Positions 1 to 11,864 of a DNA stretch of 64,000 bases are shown here, one piece after another (positions within the stretch are counted from its first letter, which is position 1; every line of letters begins with the position of its first letter). The DNA is from Octopus vulgaris. Lineage: Eukaryota. The position numbers and the translations under genes are program-made. Below the pieces are notes generated by a model. That model had not been told where the DNA came from, ran no database searches, and worked only from the letters and a program-made list of their open reading frames with translations. The stretch lies in NCBI GenBank assembly GCA_951406725.2, contig OX597815.1, positions 103,230,001 to 103,294,000 on the forward strand. Reading direction: 5' to 3'.

Positions 1-630
1 TGAACAACTGTTCTCGCGTGAGGTACGGATCCGTCTGTCAGTCCAATCTGTAGTGATGATTGCATCGCGGTGATTCTTCAATCGGGCAGGCAAGGCAGTT
101 TTCCTTTGCCTGATGGCAGCGACGAAAGATGTTGTTTGGTGGATAAGGCTGAAAGGCATGAGGATAAATACAATCCTCTTTGGTAGACCTCTCATAAAGT
201 TCTTCAAGATTCAATTGAAAAGGAAAATGAGAGTGGAGAAGGAAGTGCTGTCCTCGAGTGAGTTTATTGAAAGGTGGGTTAAAGTTGCAAAAATAGCAAT
301 AGTGAATGGTACCTCTCTAAGTGTAGATTTGTAAGAGAGAAGGAACTGGAGAGGGCACTTGCTCCTGGGGTTTCATGGAAATCTTGGACAGTAGGGTTCC
401 TCGATTATCCCTAGAGGCCCTCCTGCATAAGGAGGGCCACATCTCTATCATCTTCCCACCACTTTTTTAAACATTTGTATGCTATGCACGTGTCCCTTCT
501 TTTTCAGTGTATGCCATGTATACATACTAGCTTTCTTTATTTCTTTTATTTTTTTTTATCATTTCATCATTTGTAAACCTCAACACTTTATTGTCTCCCT
601 CATCCTTCACCCTTGGTGCAAATAAATGAA
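1..630 (+). mobile_element. 3' end of a Tx1/L1-like LINE (ORF2 C-terminus and 3' UTR)
   Basis: ORF 113-334 (KDVVWWIRLK...LSSSEFIERW) resembles the extreme C-terminus of Tx1/L1-clade ORF2. It is followed by a T-rich UTR, AAATAAATGAA (620-630) and an (ATT)n tail. Confidence 0.55.
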
Positions 631-692
<62 letters not shown>

Positions 693-737
693 CATTATTA
701 TTATTATTTTCATTATCATTATTATTATTATTATTAT
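631..737. repeat. (ATT)n microsatellite, probable LINE tail
   Basis: Trinucleotide repeat seen directly. Confidence 0.95.
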
Positions 738-1225
738 GCTGTTGTTGTTTACAAAGTTCGATGATAATCGAAAAGAAATATTGTCAAAGGTTTTCAAGTT
801 ATAGTGATCATAACCATTTTTTAGATATTATTACGTTGTTTAATGCATTACTGCTTCCGTACTGCAGTATAATATCAAAAGGTTGCTATTTTAAGTGGAT
901 CATGCAACCTGGGACAACAACGTTATTAACAGCCTGTCTGTCTAGTTACACCTCAGATGAATTTCTACACCATTTCATATGAATGCACAAAGCTGTCGCT
1001 CTATCTCCTATTTCCTTACCCAAGGTTTTGGCGCATACATATGGGCGGTGTTTTAATTTTAATGTTACATTTCAAGATATCATTATTACTTTTACTTTCC
1101 ATGTTTATTTAATGTTTAACATTTTATCAAATTCATATATTTCCTACGTTAAATTAACATCCTTGAAGGGCTTGCAAAATATCGTTGTCATGGTGTTGAT
1201 AGTTATTATTATTGCGTTATATCAG

Positions 1226-1318
1226 TGTATATATGTATGTATGTTTATATATATATGTGTGCGTGTGTGTGTGTGTGCGTATGTGTGTGTGTGTATGTAT
1301 ATGTATATATGTATCTAT

Positions 1319-1359
<41 letters not shown>

Positions 1360-1443
1360 TATACAAACATATATATATATATATATGTATGGATATATAT
1401 AATACTTACACATACATACATACATACATAAATACATATATAT

Positions 1444-1477
<34 letters not shown>

Positions 1478-1535
1478 ATATACATATATGTGTGTGTGTG
1501 TGTGTGTGTACGTATGTACACTAACATACGTACAT
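1226..1535. repeat. Compound (TA)/(TG)/(TATG) microsatellite
   Basis: Seen directly. Confidence 0.95.
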
Positions 1536-1851
1536 AAATATATCGTTCATATTATTACATTAATTTAATTTTCTGTTCAATGTTCTAAACTATTTGTGCA
1601 AACGTTAATGACATAAAGTGATTATTCCATTTAACTCGATGCATAACGGGAAAATTAAGAACTACATATAGCGACACATAAACAGATATGTTATTGTCTA
1701 GATACCTACTTAAATTGATTGATCCGTATGTTTGCACATACACATGCAAATTAATATATATATTGAGGGTGTGAGAATTCTGAAGCTATACGAATGTCTA
1801 GAAACAGAAGCGTAAGTAATAAAGAGATGGGGATACACAGACGCACACAAT

Positions 1852-1874
1852 TGTATATGTATATATGATATATG

Positions 1875-1951
<77 letters not shown>

Positions 1952-2256
1952 GTATTTATATATATACATATATATACATATATATACATACGTGTGTGTA
2001 TATACACATACATAAATGTATATATATGTGCGAGTGGGTATACATATATGTATGTATATGTATGTATATGTGTATCTGTGTGTACGTACATGGGTATGTG
2101 TAGATATATGTAGATATATGTATATATATATGTATATGTATGTGTACGTATGTATGTATATGTACATGTATGTATATGTGGGTATGTATGTATATGTATA
2201 GATATATGTGAATATGCGGGTGTGTATATGTGTATATATATATATATGTAGATGTA
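1852..2256. repeat. Compound (TA)/(TG) microsatellite and low-complexity sequence
   Basis: Seen directly. Confidence 0.95.
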
Positions 2257-2484
2257 CAAGTGAGAGTCTCCCCACTTACCTAAAACTCTATTTTTCTATT
2301 TATATTTTTTTTTTTTTTATTTTTTTATTCTTTTATTTATTCTTTTATCTACTTTACCACCGATTCCTTTGACCACTCCCCTAATAATGACAGTTTTGCG
2401 CCATGCCTACCCCCAAAAAGTCCCCCACCACCACCCATTTAAACCTGCCTAAATGTATAAATGCCAAAACAACTCTTGTCTACT

Positions 2485-2535
2485 AGCTTCCTGATGATTT
2501 CTTTTGAATGAAACAGTTCTAGTCCTGTAGAAGCT
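2485..2535 (+). ncRNA. Type I hammerhead ribozyme motif, probably in a Penelope-like terminal repeat (about 2280-2625)
   Basis: agcttc-CTGATGA-tttc tttt gaat-GAAA-cag ttctagtc ctg-TA-gaagct. Stem I is 6 bp, stem II is TTC/GAA, stem III is ACAG/CTGT, and the cleavage triplet is GUA. Confidence 0.75.
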
Positions 2536-2620
2536 CCTTCTATAAAATAAATTAATTTACTCTGCTATGTATTGAGTACCTTATTTACTGTGGTTAACCC
2601 CGACTCAACCCGGGACCTAC

Positions 2621-2666
<46 letters not shown>

Positions 2667-3261
2667 CACACATACACACATATTTATGAAAATTATATAT
2701 AAAATATATGTACGTATGCATATAGCTGTTCTGGTGGCATATGTTCTGTTTGTCAAAGAGGTAGATAGACACAAGAGAGACAGGTAAGAAGATAACTATA
2801 TTGATGAAGTTAACAAATGATAGGCAGACAATATGTGAAGATGACTTAATGTAATATGGTTGTGTGTATGTGCATGTGTGTCCGTGAATGTGTGGGTATG
2901 TGCATGTGAGTGCATGTATGCATATATAAATATGAATGTGTATGTACATGTCTATATACATACATATATATCTACCTCTGTCTATCTATGTACACACACA
3001 TATGATAAAACGAGTGGTTTATATGTGGTAGCTTACTAGTAAATTACTGGTACTTTCACAATGTTTGTTATGCAATATGGTATATGAAAGACGGAAGAAG
3101 GAATATACGAGAATTTTTATTAATCACGACAATTGTTTCGATACATCTAGCATCGATCCATCACGAGTGGGATACTGAACTGGTTCAAGAGCACCCGACG
3201 TTGCACATGTGTCTCGTAGGGTGATAAATAGATATAACTAGATATTATCATGATCATGATA

Positions 3262-3358
3262 ATAATAATTATTATTATTGTTGCCTTGATGCAGTACTAG
3301 GCAGTGGCTCTCATGGCTTCTGTTGCTAACTGTTTGGAAGTGTTATCATGTACATTGA
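3262..3358 (-). mobile_element. Short retroelement 3' tail next to (AAT)n, possibly Dong/R4-like
   Basis: Non-repetitive segment of about 80 bp abutting ATT/AAT repeats; family assignment is recall-based only. Confidence 0.3.
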
Positions 3359-3362
3359 TATA

Positions 3363-3414
<52 letters not shown>

Positions 3415-5614
3415 ACACATACACACATATTTATGAAAATTATATATAAAATATATGTACGTATGCATATAGCTGAATTAGGTACTTAAATTGAAGCACC
3501 TTTTTAAGTTGGAGTAACAAGCGCACCCAAATATATCAAACTCGGTACAGAGAAGCTAGCAACTGATATTCTCGCAGTGCATGCAGATAATAGGACCCAC
3601 CTTTGTGAAGAAATCCGGTCTTGGCTCTTCAGACATGTACTTTATATTAGATATTTTCTACATTTCCGAAGCACAGATTTCGAGATAGGTGAAATATTAT
3701 TCACTTATGTATATATATTTCCTCAAACAAAACTGCACACATCCTCAATTTCATTCAAATTTTTAATAAACTTTACTAGGCCCTTCTTTATGTGTACATG
3801 TGTGCATGTATGTAAGGATATATAGATCTATGTGAATGTTAGTGTATATATTTATGTATGTATAGTTATATATGGATATACATAATTATATATCCATATA
3901 GATATACTCCACAATTTCATGTAGCATGGCACAATAAATTGTTTCATACCATTTTATATCTTCTATTGCATTATGCTTTATTACTTTTTATATTATACAT
4001 CACATTATTGCATGTAAGACTTATATGTCTTAATCTATCGTATTACATAATATTTTACTTTAAAATATATCATTTTATACTTTATTTTGTCCCATACATA
4101 TTTATCATATATTTTCCCAATTCTTTTTAAAACACTTCTTCGAAATTAATATTTTTTCATGTTCTTTTAAACTTTCAGTTAACATTATTTTAAAATTTTA
4201 TGTTGTAATTTCATTAAAATTTTTAGTTAATTTTTGTAATTTAAAATACCTATTAAAATGTTTTTTTCATTTTCTATTTTCAAATTTTTTCAGTTATTGA
4301 TATATTTCATAGCTTTCATATGTATATTTTTTGTGTATAGGCGTGTGTTTTTGCCTGTATGTTTATGCGCGGAAGTGTGTGTATGTGTGCATGTCTGTAT
4401 GGATGAAAGCATGTGTAAGACAGAGTAGACTCAGTTCGGCTATACGCATAAATATATGACCGTATCTATATAGCCGTATGTCTGCATGAGTTTGCTCGTA
4501 TGTGTGCGAATATGTTTGTGTATAAGTGTATATTAAGGGTGCATATATATATATATATATATACATACATATGTAATGATCAATAAAGAATCTCGTGAAT
4601 TCCGTTTTTTCTCTCTCTCGTGTTATACACACACACACGGTGGATAATTGTCAGCTCATTACAACTATTTCTTACATATTTCATAGTTGGTCTCGAGATA
4701 CTTCAGCCACGTCTCTGCTGTATTCTTGGGATAGTCTTTTGTTTGTAAAATTACGTTTCATTTTGATGATTACGTTTTTTCAAACAACCTAACCTATGTT
4801 TCCACGTTTCGCCAATGACCTGGCATTGCTATTTTCTCTATTATACAATTTTTGTTATGGACGGCTAAAACTCATCCCGTCTCCTTCCATTTATCCCACT
4901 TCCACTGGCTTTGTCCTTCATGAGTATTTAAATAAGATGGTTACATGTCTATGATCCATACTATTTCCTCTCCGCAGACGTGCGCGATACGATTGTGTGT
5001 ACTCCTATTATAAGTTGCATGTATGAATTGCATATATAGTGTAATATCATTAACTAATTAAAGAATACAGTACACGTGTAACAGATGATTTAAAGAAACA
5101 TTGTGTCTGTGCCTATCTCTTTTATCTCTCACTGATGTGTTCTTTACATTACATTTTTGGATCGCCTTGAACCTATGGGAATACACAAGGCCTCAGCGTG
5201 ATTTCTAGGAAGAGCCGCAACCTTAACAACGAATTTGTCGCTCACTGAGCGCGTCTATTTCTATGTACATACACGCACTCACGCACACACACACACATAC
5301 ATACACACACACACACACACATGCACTCACGCACACACACACACATACACACACACACATGCACACACGCACGCACAAACCCACAAGATATAGTGCGATG
5401 TTAGGGTGTGAGTGTTTGCGTTAATTACATATTTGTCATTTATTTCACCCAGTGAATCATGGTCGTTTAGATTTTGCTCTGTTCATCCCATGTTGCAATT
5501 TCCATAACTTCATGATCTCATGTATTCTTCTATTTCAAAGATGATATTTTAAGAGAATGTTAACATAGCCAACTATTATTTTTAATGGTTTTCATTTTAT
5601 TTTGATTTTATGTC

Positions 5615-5800
5615 ACCTTGGGGGTAAATATCTTCTACTGTAGCTTCAAGTAGACCAAAGTCTTCTGAGTGGATTTGGTAGACGAAAACAAGATCTGGAA
5701 GAATCTGATTTTGTATGTATGTATGTATGTATGTATGTATGTATGTATGTATGTATGTATGTATGTATGTATGTACGTATGTATATATGTATGAATATGC
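5615..5800 (+). mobile_element. tRNA-derived SINE, 5' half plus internal (TATG)n, split by an LTR element
   Basis: cttgggggtaaatatcttctactgtagc...gagtggatttggtagacg matches the intact SINE at 32563-32998. Confidence 0.75.
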
Positions 5801-6010
5801 TGTTTTCTCCGTCTCCAGATGTCGTTGTATCACCACAACATTGTGACCGTTGGTTTAGATACACTGTACCAGTGTAGTAATAGTAGACAAGATGACGATG
5901 TAGACGTAATAACAACGTAACGATTGTCATGAGACACTAATCAATATTCCAAACGAACCAACCAACCGACACCTTCTGAATCCACTGCGAACTTAACTCG
6001 TACTAACACT

Positions 6011-7608
6011 GATTCTTTATTTTGGTACTCAGGCCACTAACACAGAGGGGACACTACAAGGACAGACACAACACCACAGTGGGGACAATAAACATAAAAC
6101 GAATGAGTATGCATATTATATAATGATGAAAAATGAAATGGCTGCATGGGCCCCACTCCTCACACAGTAGTACTATTTGAACGTTTGTATACACAGTCTA
6201 GTCACTCTATCTGTTGATCTTTTTTCTTTCCTTAACTATCGTTTTTTTTTTTGCTTCAAATACTTTTTCCTTTCTTTTTTTTCCGCTATTTTACCTTTTA
6301 GCGCCTCATATACGGTTCCAGCTCCAAGAGATCGATTAACGGTGGCGGCTCATTGAACTACACCAACGCAACCGGCTGAGTCAATTCTATCACCGCACAT
6401 ATCTCTAAGTTTCTTATAGGTTTCCCTATCGACCACAATGGCCTTCACACTCTCTGGGTACACGTCATTGGGCAGCTTTACCCTTATGATGTGCTTGAAC
6501 TTTACGACCTTTTTCTCCACCTCCTTGTTGTTAGAATAGGTCACAAAATTCCATTTTTTCTTACTTCCTATCGGTCTTCTCCTTTCTTCCTTTACTACCT
6601 TTCCTATCAAAAGTTCCTCTATACTCTTCTCTGAGTCTGGTACCTTCTCTTTCTCCGTCTCCACTGTACACAGCTTCTCCATCTCATCTTCTTGCAGTTG
6701 AGTTCTTAAGTCTTCCGTCAGTTCACCTGTCATCTTCATACTTGCTCCCTCCTTCTCTGACCCATTGTCACACACCTTAATTATTTGTTCACTTTCCTTT
6801 TCCGTCTCACTTTTATCGTCTTTCTTTCTCTTTACCTCTTTCTTTTCCACATCTACTTTCTTCTTCTTTTTTTTTTTTTTGGTTAGTTGGCGGCGGGGTT
6901 ACCCTACCGCTCCTTCTTTTTCTTTCCACCAGCGTGAATTCTTCTTCATCTGCTTTCTCCTTATTCTCAGCTGCCACTGCCTGTTCGACATTTTCTTCAG
7001 TCTCTCTCTGTTCCTTCCGTGGGCATCTCACCTTCATGTGTCCTTTTTCGCCGCATTTGAAACACACAGGCGGTCTTCCCTCCACCTTCATTCTTAGTGT
7101 AAAACCATCAGGTAACACTATATCCTCTGCTATTTTGTTCAAGTCTTCCACTGTTGCCTGGATTGTTAGCTCCAACCCGTAGGCCCAGTAGTCCAGCTTG
7201 TTTGTCCTGGTTGCCTTCAATATCCTGGCCTCTTCTTCCATGTTGTACATAATGGCCGTCATTAGCCACGCCTCCTCCAGCTCAGGGGGTACCTGACCCA
7301 CCCGAACTCTCGCCACACGTTTGCCGCAATAGGATGGCAGAATAATCCATTATTCATCTTCCTGGGCTCGACCTTTATTACAAAGGTCTCTAATGCTTCT
7401 TTCTCTGCTTCTCTTCCAGTTGCGTCTGCATAGCTGTGGCCGCCCTCTGGCCCCTCTCCATATTCCTCAATGGGAAAATTTACAACACAAAAATTTTAAC
7501 GATATTAACAACAGCAATAATCAACAATAAATCCACGCTCCACTCACAAATATAACTCGACTTCAACAACTCAACTTCAAAAACACCAAAAAACACCAAA
7601 AAACGAGG
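6011..7608 (-). mobile_element. ORF1-only retroposon copy A, TSD ACTAACACT (6002-6010 and 7609-7617)
   Basis: 9-bp direct repeat at the LTR breakpoint. The minus-strand 3' end ...GTACCAAAATAAAGAA is shared with copies B-E, and there is no RT or endonuclease sequence. Confidence 0.85.
6298..7470 (-). pseudogene. ORF1/gag-like protein of copy A (frameshifted)
   Basis: SYADA motif, LPSYCGKRVARVRVGQVPPE, MKVEGRPPVCFKCGEKGHMKVRCP (CCHC knuckle), K/E-rich linker, and a C-terminal domain ending PPLIDLLELEPYMRR*. Confidence 0.85.
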
Positions 7609-7639
7609 ACTAACACTCAAACTTCACTCCAACCGTTAC

Positions 7640-7647
7640 TATTTATA
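7640..7647 (-). promoter_or_regulatory. Putative LTR TATA box (TATAAATA)
   Basis: Conserved in both LTRs of copy 1 (also at 9271-9278) and 30 nt upstream of a TGAGT/TTAGT initiator-like sequence. Confidence 0.55.
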
Positions 7648-7804
7648 ATCGCTCGGTCCAGTCTATTTCTCGCAAGGGGGCGTCGTGACTCTCAACACAA
7701 TATCTCAACTTTTCAGATTTAGACTTACGTAAGAAATGAAATTTATTTTATATTTTACCTTTCCAGCACTTCTCCCTCTCGGTCGCATTTTTTTTTTAGA
7801 AAAT

Positions 7805-8655
7805 TTAATATATTTTTCGTTTTGGCATTATTTCTAAGTGTACAATCTGTTTCCTTTTTCTATTGCTGCTTCTACGAGGCTCAAAGATTTTAGGTGCTGG
7901 CACCTTAAGTATGTTATAGCAGTCTTCCACTTCCTTTCGTTTTTCAGAATGTCTCGCCTCTAAATGGTTTACGTGTCTCTTATGTTTCCAACTTTGTCCT
8001 TTAATCATATGCATCACATTTCCTAATCTTTTAGTTAAAAAACCATCCTCTCAGTCTTCTTTATTATTATAAATTTCAAAATGAACTTTAGCCCTTACTT
8101 TGAAATGTTTTGTTGCCTTTTCTGTATTTCCTTTAAATATACTTTTAATTGAAGATCGATATTAATTTTCGTGCGAGCGCTAACTCTGCCGAAGACTTTC
8201 CTGAAATGGTATTTAGATTGGGCGTTACTCTAGCCTCAAGAATTTAATTAGCACTTCATCATTTCCTACGTCATTCCTTGCTCTATTTTTAACGCTCGCT
8301 CGAAAATATAAACAAATGTTTCTACTTGCCCGTTTGACAGGTGACAGGGTGGGGTAAACATATGCTTTATCGCGTGTATTTTGCAGAAATTCTTGAATCC
8401 ACGACCCGTAAATTGTGTTACATTATCTGATACCAACGTGTCTAGAACACCATATCGAGAAAATAATTCATGCCGTAACATTATTTTTCTCTTTGCCGTT
8501 GGTTTATTGCACTTGAATGCTTCTAACAACAAGTATATAGCATTTGCTGTTTACCGGTCTAGCGTAGTCGATATGAACCATGGATCACGGACTATCCATC
8601 TCAGGCCACGATTGGTATTTCACCGGTTGTGGTTTGGCAGCTAGCGCAAAACCTC
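7805..8655 (-). pseudogene. Gypsy integrase remnant
   Basis: VHIDYARP, LVSDNVTQFTG..FKNFC...IKHMFTPPCH.SNGQVE (rve core), C-terminal WKHKRHVNHL. Confidence 0.85.
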
Positions 8656-8955
8656 TGATGTCACACAGATGGAGCTAACTTTCGAAATAATAACCTTACC
8701 TTTTCTTCGTCCGACCATGTTTTGCAATCTTCCTTTAAAATCCCCTCGTACCTCCTGTAGTACGCGGCAAAAGTTATACCCTCCTCTGGGTTATAACTGA
8801 ATTCCGTCTGGCGAAAACGAAGTTACTGCATTTTCGGATTTAGCGTATAGCTCCAATAATTGTTGTTGTTTTAGTTGTTGCTGAACTAGCTGCTTCTCCA
8901 ACTCCTGTTGCTGTTACTTTTGCAACTGTATTATAGAAGTTAATAGGTCTTCCAT
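8656..8955 (-). pseudogene. Gypsy gag N-terminal remnant
   Basis: MEDLLTSIIQLQK...Q-rich...FSYNPEEGITFAAYYRRYEGIL; homologous to 41440-41759. Confidence 0.7.
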
Positions 8956-9010
8956 AATTTAACAAATTGTATCAGGAACAAATTGTTAAATAACTTACGT
9001 GAGCTTCGAA

Positions 9011-9023
9011 ACCCTCGTCACTA
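9011..9023 (-). other. Primer-binding site (degenerate TGGCGACGAGGGT, tRNA-Ser GCU 3' end)
   Basis: Minus strand reads TAGTGACGAGGGT 5 nt after the LTR end; the intact version is at 41815-41827. Confidence 0.7.
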
Positions 9024-9028
9024 GATAT

Positions 9029-9333
9029 TGTATCCTCCGTCTCCAGATGTCGTGGTATTGCCACGGCATTGTGACCGTTGGTTTAGATACACTGTACCAC
9101 TGTAATAACTGTAAATAAGGTAACGATGCTGGCGTAATAACAACGTAACGATCCAACAATCATTTCACGAACCAACAATCAATAATCCAAACGAACCAAC
9201 CAACCGACACCTTCCGACTTCACTACGAATTCAGATCGAACTAACACACAAACTTCACTCCAAATGCTACTATTTATAATCACTCGGTCCAGTCTATTTC
9301 TCGCAAGGGGGCGTCGTGTCTCTCGTCACAACA
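9029..9333 (-). repeat. 5' LTR of Gypsy copy 1
   Basis: TG...CA termini, adjacent PBS, direct repeat of 5801-7702. Confidence 0.9.
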
Positions 9334-9340
9334 GTATGTA

Positions 9341-9406
<66 letters not shown>

Positions 9407-9680
9407 CGTGTGTGTTTGTGCATGTGTGTGTTTGTGTGTGTGTGATTATGTGTGTATGTATGTGTTTATCTTTCGTTTATGTGTGTCTCCTGCCACCGCT
9501 TTACAATCGCTTCTGGTTTCTGTACGTGAGCATAATGTAGCGGTTCGGCGAAAGACATCGATAGAATAAGAACGAGACTTAGAAAAATAGGTACTGGTGT
9601 TGATTTATTCGACTACGCCCTTTAAAGTGGTGCCCCATCATGACCGCAGTTACCTAGCTAAACGGATAAATGATGAAAAA
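9334..9680 (+). mobile_element. (TG)n plus SINE 3' half, continuation of the SINE at 5615
   Basis: tagcggttcggcgaaagac.tcgatagaataag...gatttattcgact...gtgccccatcatgaccgcagt matches the SINE tail at 32810-32998. Confidence 0.75.
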
Positions 9681-10288
9681 TATGTATTTCATCCTTGAAA
9701 TGTATAATATTTTGTAAGTTGTACATTAGTACTTGGATTATTTAAGATATCAAATTCCATACACTACACACACATAACCTTAGACGTTTTCGAAAGAGTT
9801 TCTGTTTTCCTCTATCGAAGACCATAATTTCGGCACGAAATTATTAATGAGTGTCCTTGTTTATTCAATGAGAATGAAAGAACATTTTTAATTCTATGCT
9901 TTTCCAAAACCTAATAGAACAGAAGTGCTATAACCCTGGAAAAATCTGAGTCATAGATTTGACTCTATAGAAATAGACTTATTGATTTAATTTTGGATGT
10001 CTGGAATAAATTACTTCATAAAAATTAATTATTTTCTAATTCATAGAAAAAAATGTGAAATTCATTATTTTTATATCAATTCCCTGATTTAGAAAGTATT
10101 GGTTAATTTCAAACAAATTCCGTCTTTAGTGGAGATTTAATCTTAGATGTCTATTATTCTCTTTGAGTTAAGATAACAAACGTGAGAATGATAAAATAAT
10201 TATTACACTCAGTGATGATTTACAGGCAAGAGTGTCAGTCATACATTCCTATTATGGTTTCATATTTAGAAATGTCATTAAAATTAGT

Positions 10289-10614
10289 TTCGTTTTGGGA
10301 TTTGGTTTGCAAGATTGAGTTCGTGTGTTGAAGCATATTCTGTTGTGTCTGGGGAGAGTCATTTTCTTTTTATGCCTTATTATTTAACACACTCACCGGT
10401 AAAATTTCCACTTATTTCTTATTTTTATTTTCCTGAAAGTTTCGTTGTGTGTTGCAACCTTTTCAATAGTTTTGACTCTAAAAACTATTGAAAACATTGC
10501 AACACTCAACGAAAATATTAGGAAAATAAAAATAAGAAATAAGTGGAAATTTTACCAGTGAGTGTGTTAAATAATAAGGCACAAAAAATAATGACTCTCC
10601 CTGGACACAACAGA
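10289..10614. mobile_element. Fold-back insertion with 12-bp TSD
   Basis: Inverted arms 10337-10473 and 10481-10616; ATTAAAATTAGT at 10277-10288 and 10615-10626. Confidence 0.8.
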
Positions 10615-11712
10615 ATTAAAATTAGTATTTTACAGAAAGATCTCCGACTTATTTTTACTGTATTTGCTACCCTAATCATCTGAATATGCTTTTACCCTTT
10701 ATTTGCTTTAATCCGAAATTATATACTGAATATTAGAATTGTGAAAATATCACTTGATGTCATAAGAAGAAGTCATTTCATATAAATTTGATGTCAGGAT
10801 GTTGTAAAACATACAGAGACTATACAGAGTTAATCAAAAATTAATTATTAAGGAATATAGGGATAGAATTTTTTCGTGAAACGGTAATTACAGACATAAT
10901 TGTTAATTCAAAAATTACTAACATCATATATACCTTATAAAAACAATTTATCTGATTTCATCTAGATTGTATTACAGAGAAGGATTTATTATCAAAAATA
11001 AAATTGGTAATGTCAACCATTAGTTACTACAATGTATTAAGCATTTATTTACTCAGATCACAAAGTTGTTCTAATCTATTAAACTGAATTACTGATTTCC
11101 TTATGTTAAGGAAAAGCATGCTAATTAGTTTCCATGTCAATTTTCGTTTGCAAAGCCATTTGCTGTCCTTTAATATCATTATTATATTCTTCTAATATTC
11201 AACTAATACAGTTGAAATTATTGCTACCATTTTAATGAGTCAGGTTGAATTCAGAAATATTTGAAGAAAATTCAGTTAGTTAATAGCGATGAAAGCATAA
11301 TGGTTATGATGTTGGTGCTTTTGATACTGCTGGAGGCTTTTTCTTTGTGAGTAGATTTTCACCGCTGCACGTCTGTTTTGTTCGTGTGGAGGTTGAAAAG
11401 TCCTTATTTAATTATCTTTAAAATAAGATGTGTTAAAACACCCAATTCCTTAATTTGTTCCATAAGCCATGCTTAAAATTGTTGTTTTGATCACTTATTT
11501 TTGAAGCATTGAACATGATGTTATATATTATGCTGGGGATTATGAAACTGGATGAGAGTATGAGAAAATATCTAAGTTTTTGCATATTAAATCATTATAT
11601 GTTTATAATGCAGAAACATTATTAGATTCTGTTTAATGTATCATACAAATATATAACAAAATTTGCCATCTCTTTCTTTAAAAATACGAAGAACTAAAAG
11701 AATGTTTAGCTA

Positions 11713-11861
11713 TGAGAAATGAGTAAATGACAATTTATTCCAGTACATCAGTCACACATCACTTTTCAGACACTTTGTAGTTACAAATTTGAATCACAAA
11801 GTGTCTGAAAAGTGATGTGTAACTGATGTACTGGAATAAATTGTCACTTACTCATTTCTCA
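11713..11861. repeat. Near-perfect palindrome (66-bp arms, 17-nt loop), MITE-like hairpin
   Basis: 11713-11778 is the reverse complement of 11796-11861 with 2 mismatches by my count. Confidence 0.9.
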
Positions 11862-11864
11862 CGT

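Larger units (their letters stand above)
5801..7702 (-). repeat. 3' LTR of copy 1 (5801-6010 plus 7618-7702), interrupted by an insertion
   Basis: Both parts align collinearly with the LTR at 9029-9333. Confidence 0.9.
5801..9333 (-). mobile_element. Non-autonomous Gypsy (Mag-like) LTR retrotransposon, copy 1
   Basis: Two LTRs of about 300 bp (5801-7702 interrupted; 9029-9333 with TG...CA ends), PBS at 9011-9023, gag N-terminus and integrase remnants on the minus strand. Confidence 0.9.

Noticed and set aside
5795-9339. TSD for Gypsy copy 1 (atatgc / gtatgt)
   Set aside because: Two mismatches, and it lies within a TATG microsatellite, so it is uninformative.
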